A stretch of 64,000 bases of DNA. Origin: Convolutriloba macropyga. Taxonomy: Eukaryota. Shown piece by piece: positions 62,045-64,000 of the stretch (positions within the stretch are counted from its first letter, which is position 1; each line of letters opens with the position of its first letter). The notes under the pieces were generated by a model. It was not told the DNA's origin and searched no databases. It was given only the letters and a program-made list of their open reading frames with translations. A program made the translations under genes and the position numbers. Where the stretch lies: NCBI RefSeq assembly GCF_964194025.1, contig NC_134471.1, forward strand, positions 38,068,001 to 38,132,000, given 5' to 3'.

Positions 62045-64000
62045 ATGACGCTGCACTCATCAAAAACGCTGTTACCGGAGCCTTTTACGGATCAAATGAT
62101 TTCGCAAATTATTTTGCACTTTTTGAGCTCTTGTCACAACTGCAGAAGTGATAAAGAAAAAAAAACGGTAAACGGCGCCGAAACCGTATTTGATGAACGG
62201 CCGCATTGTTTAGCGTTGAGGCTGCATCAGCTATTGATTTCTTTCGTACATTTTCGGTGGACATTAGGAAGAGCTATGAGACTGTAAAAGCTCGCAGACA
62301 AAATTACAATTGGAAATCTGTAATTCTCCAGGGGAGGCTGGCTAGGAGAGTCCAGCAGCCGGTTGAAAAATTAGCGGAATTTCTCAATGATTTCCAAACG
62401 TTAGCCTTGAATGCGTACCCCTAAGATTCTCCTGAGATAAAAAACACCTATATTTGAGGGGATTCCTCGAAGGCATAGAAAATAGTCAGGTGCGGTTCGA
62501 TATGAGAGAAAACTTACTCAACGCGGATATGACTTTAGACAAAGCTTTAGAAAGAGCATTACACATTGAAGCAGTCACCAGAATTGAGGAGGAGGACAAT
62601 GAGCCGCGGTTTTCTGCCATCCAGTTAAAAAAATTGTTATTTGGTTAATTCAGTTAATGATTTAGTGCCAACATTGCAGGTTAGTTAATTTAGCAGGCAA
62701 GATGATCGGAAACTTTCATCGCAAGGAGCAAGGTCAAAAAAGGGCATAAATGAGCAAAGTTTAAGAGAAACCGGAGATAGAAATAGAAACTACAATAGCT
62801 ACACCGGAAGCAGCGCTGATAGCAGACGAAACAGTTATGACAGTAGAGCGCAATCGCCAACACCAGGATGCGAGAACAGAAGCCGAGATCAGTCGCACGA
62901 GAGTTGTGTTAAGCAGTCAAAACGAGTGGTAAGTTTTGAGATAAAAATGTCAGGGTCAAGGAAATCATGCATCTGAGAAATGCAAGAATTGTTTTCACTG
63001 GGGGATACGAAATGATTTCAAACGAAATTGCCCGTATTTAAACGGGAACTATCTGAAGACATCAGGGTTTCATTTTCATTGAGCTACGTACAAATTTCGC
63101 CTGGCGGAAGAGCCCAGTGGAGGCATTGTCGGCCAGAATATTGATGAAAAATAAACTGATATTTGCCTTTATTGATAATGGAAGTAGTGTTTATCTTTTA
63201 AGTGACACACTGTACCAGGAACTGGGAAAACCGAACCAGATCAGATTGTGCAAAAAATATAATAGCCGCCAAAAACGGGAAAATGCCTTTAAAGAGATCA
63301 ACAGCTATTCAAGCTCAACTTCAAAAAATTACACCTGAAACAACAATTGAGTTTCTAGTCACCAAAATTGAGATAGTGCTTTGTTTGTTTGGCGTGAAAT
63401 TCATATATAGTTTTGAATGTATACTAAAACTCAGAAAAAAAACAAACTGTTTTGCGGGAAAATTGGGAAAACAATACATCTGTCTTCATTACAACGAAGT
63501 AATAAGAATCTTTTTTAAACTGCTGCGGAGGATCACGATATATCCCGTTGCTATGGGGGTTTCGTTAAACGTAAAATTGTCGATGAAGAAGGTAACAGAA
63601 AACAACAAACAGAAATTATAGTCGAATCCATGAAAGAGTGTGAAAACAAATCAAATTTATTTATAGCGAGATCGCTAATTGACACGGTTGATGATGTTGT
63701 AAGTGTTCGATTTCTAAATTTCACACAAGAAAAAGGGAAAATTTATAAAATGCGACCATGACATGTGCGGAAAACGTTAACAAAAATTCCAGGAAAAATA
63801 ACCATGACTATATTTCAAAACATTAAGATTAATTTGATTTTTTAGAAGCATGTGAACGCAAGTTCAATGAGTTTGTCTTTTGAGGAAATAACAAAATTGA
63901 GATCACTTTGCACAAAATATAAAACTTTTTTGCGAACTTCAAATGAAATGGGACTTTGTGACCGAGTTTGTTATAAAATAATATTAAAAAAGGACGCTGT
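62045..64000 (+). mobile_element. Decayed Gypsy gag-pol related to element X; runs off right edge
   Basis: FLEGIENSQVR...LERALHIEAVTRIEEE (X: LERALHLEAVTRIEEEE), knuckle remnant, AFIDNGSSVYLLS protease, and the start of the RT linker (SNEMGLCD...I.LKKDA; X: SNDLGYCD...IKLNKDA). Confidence 0.85.

Noticed and set aside
61200-62045. Possible LTR/PBS of the right-edge Gypsy element
   Set aside because: No partner repeat in the window, no match seen to the X LTR, and no convincing PBS.

Overview
AT-rich eukaryotic (probably invertebrate) heterochromatin-like DNA made almost entirely of nested, rearranged retroelements. I found no host gene, RNA gene or CRISPR array. The main feature is a very young Ty3/Gypsy element ('X', 9507-18715, minus strand) whose 617-bp LTRs differ at one position by eye. 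It carries a gag-pol ORF with an intact pol but a capsid-truncated gag, an intact 686-aa envelope resembling class III (chuvirus-G/herpes-gB-like) fusogens, and a fourth intact ORF encoding an SH3-like domain, a coiled coil and a C-terminal J-domain (HPDKGG). This looks like an endogenous retrovirus-like element with its own Hsp70 co-chaperone. X has no target-site duplication and joins half of a CR1-group LINE to the 3' half of a second, giant, decayed env-bearing Gypsy element ('Y', 18716-34700, plus strand). A Y-family 5' LTR, PBS and ORF1 lie inverted at 1-2349, which suggests an X-mediated inversion. The rest comprises a decayed CRE-clade non-LTR element, a dead BEL/Pao element amplified into a tandem array, an old duplicated LINE+Penelope block, and a decayed relative of X at the right edge. 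All assignments come from manual motif recognition; no searches were run.
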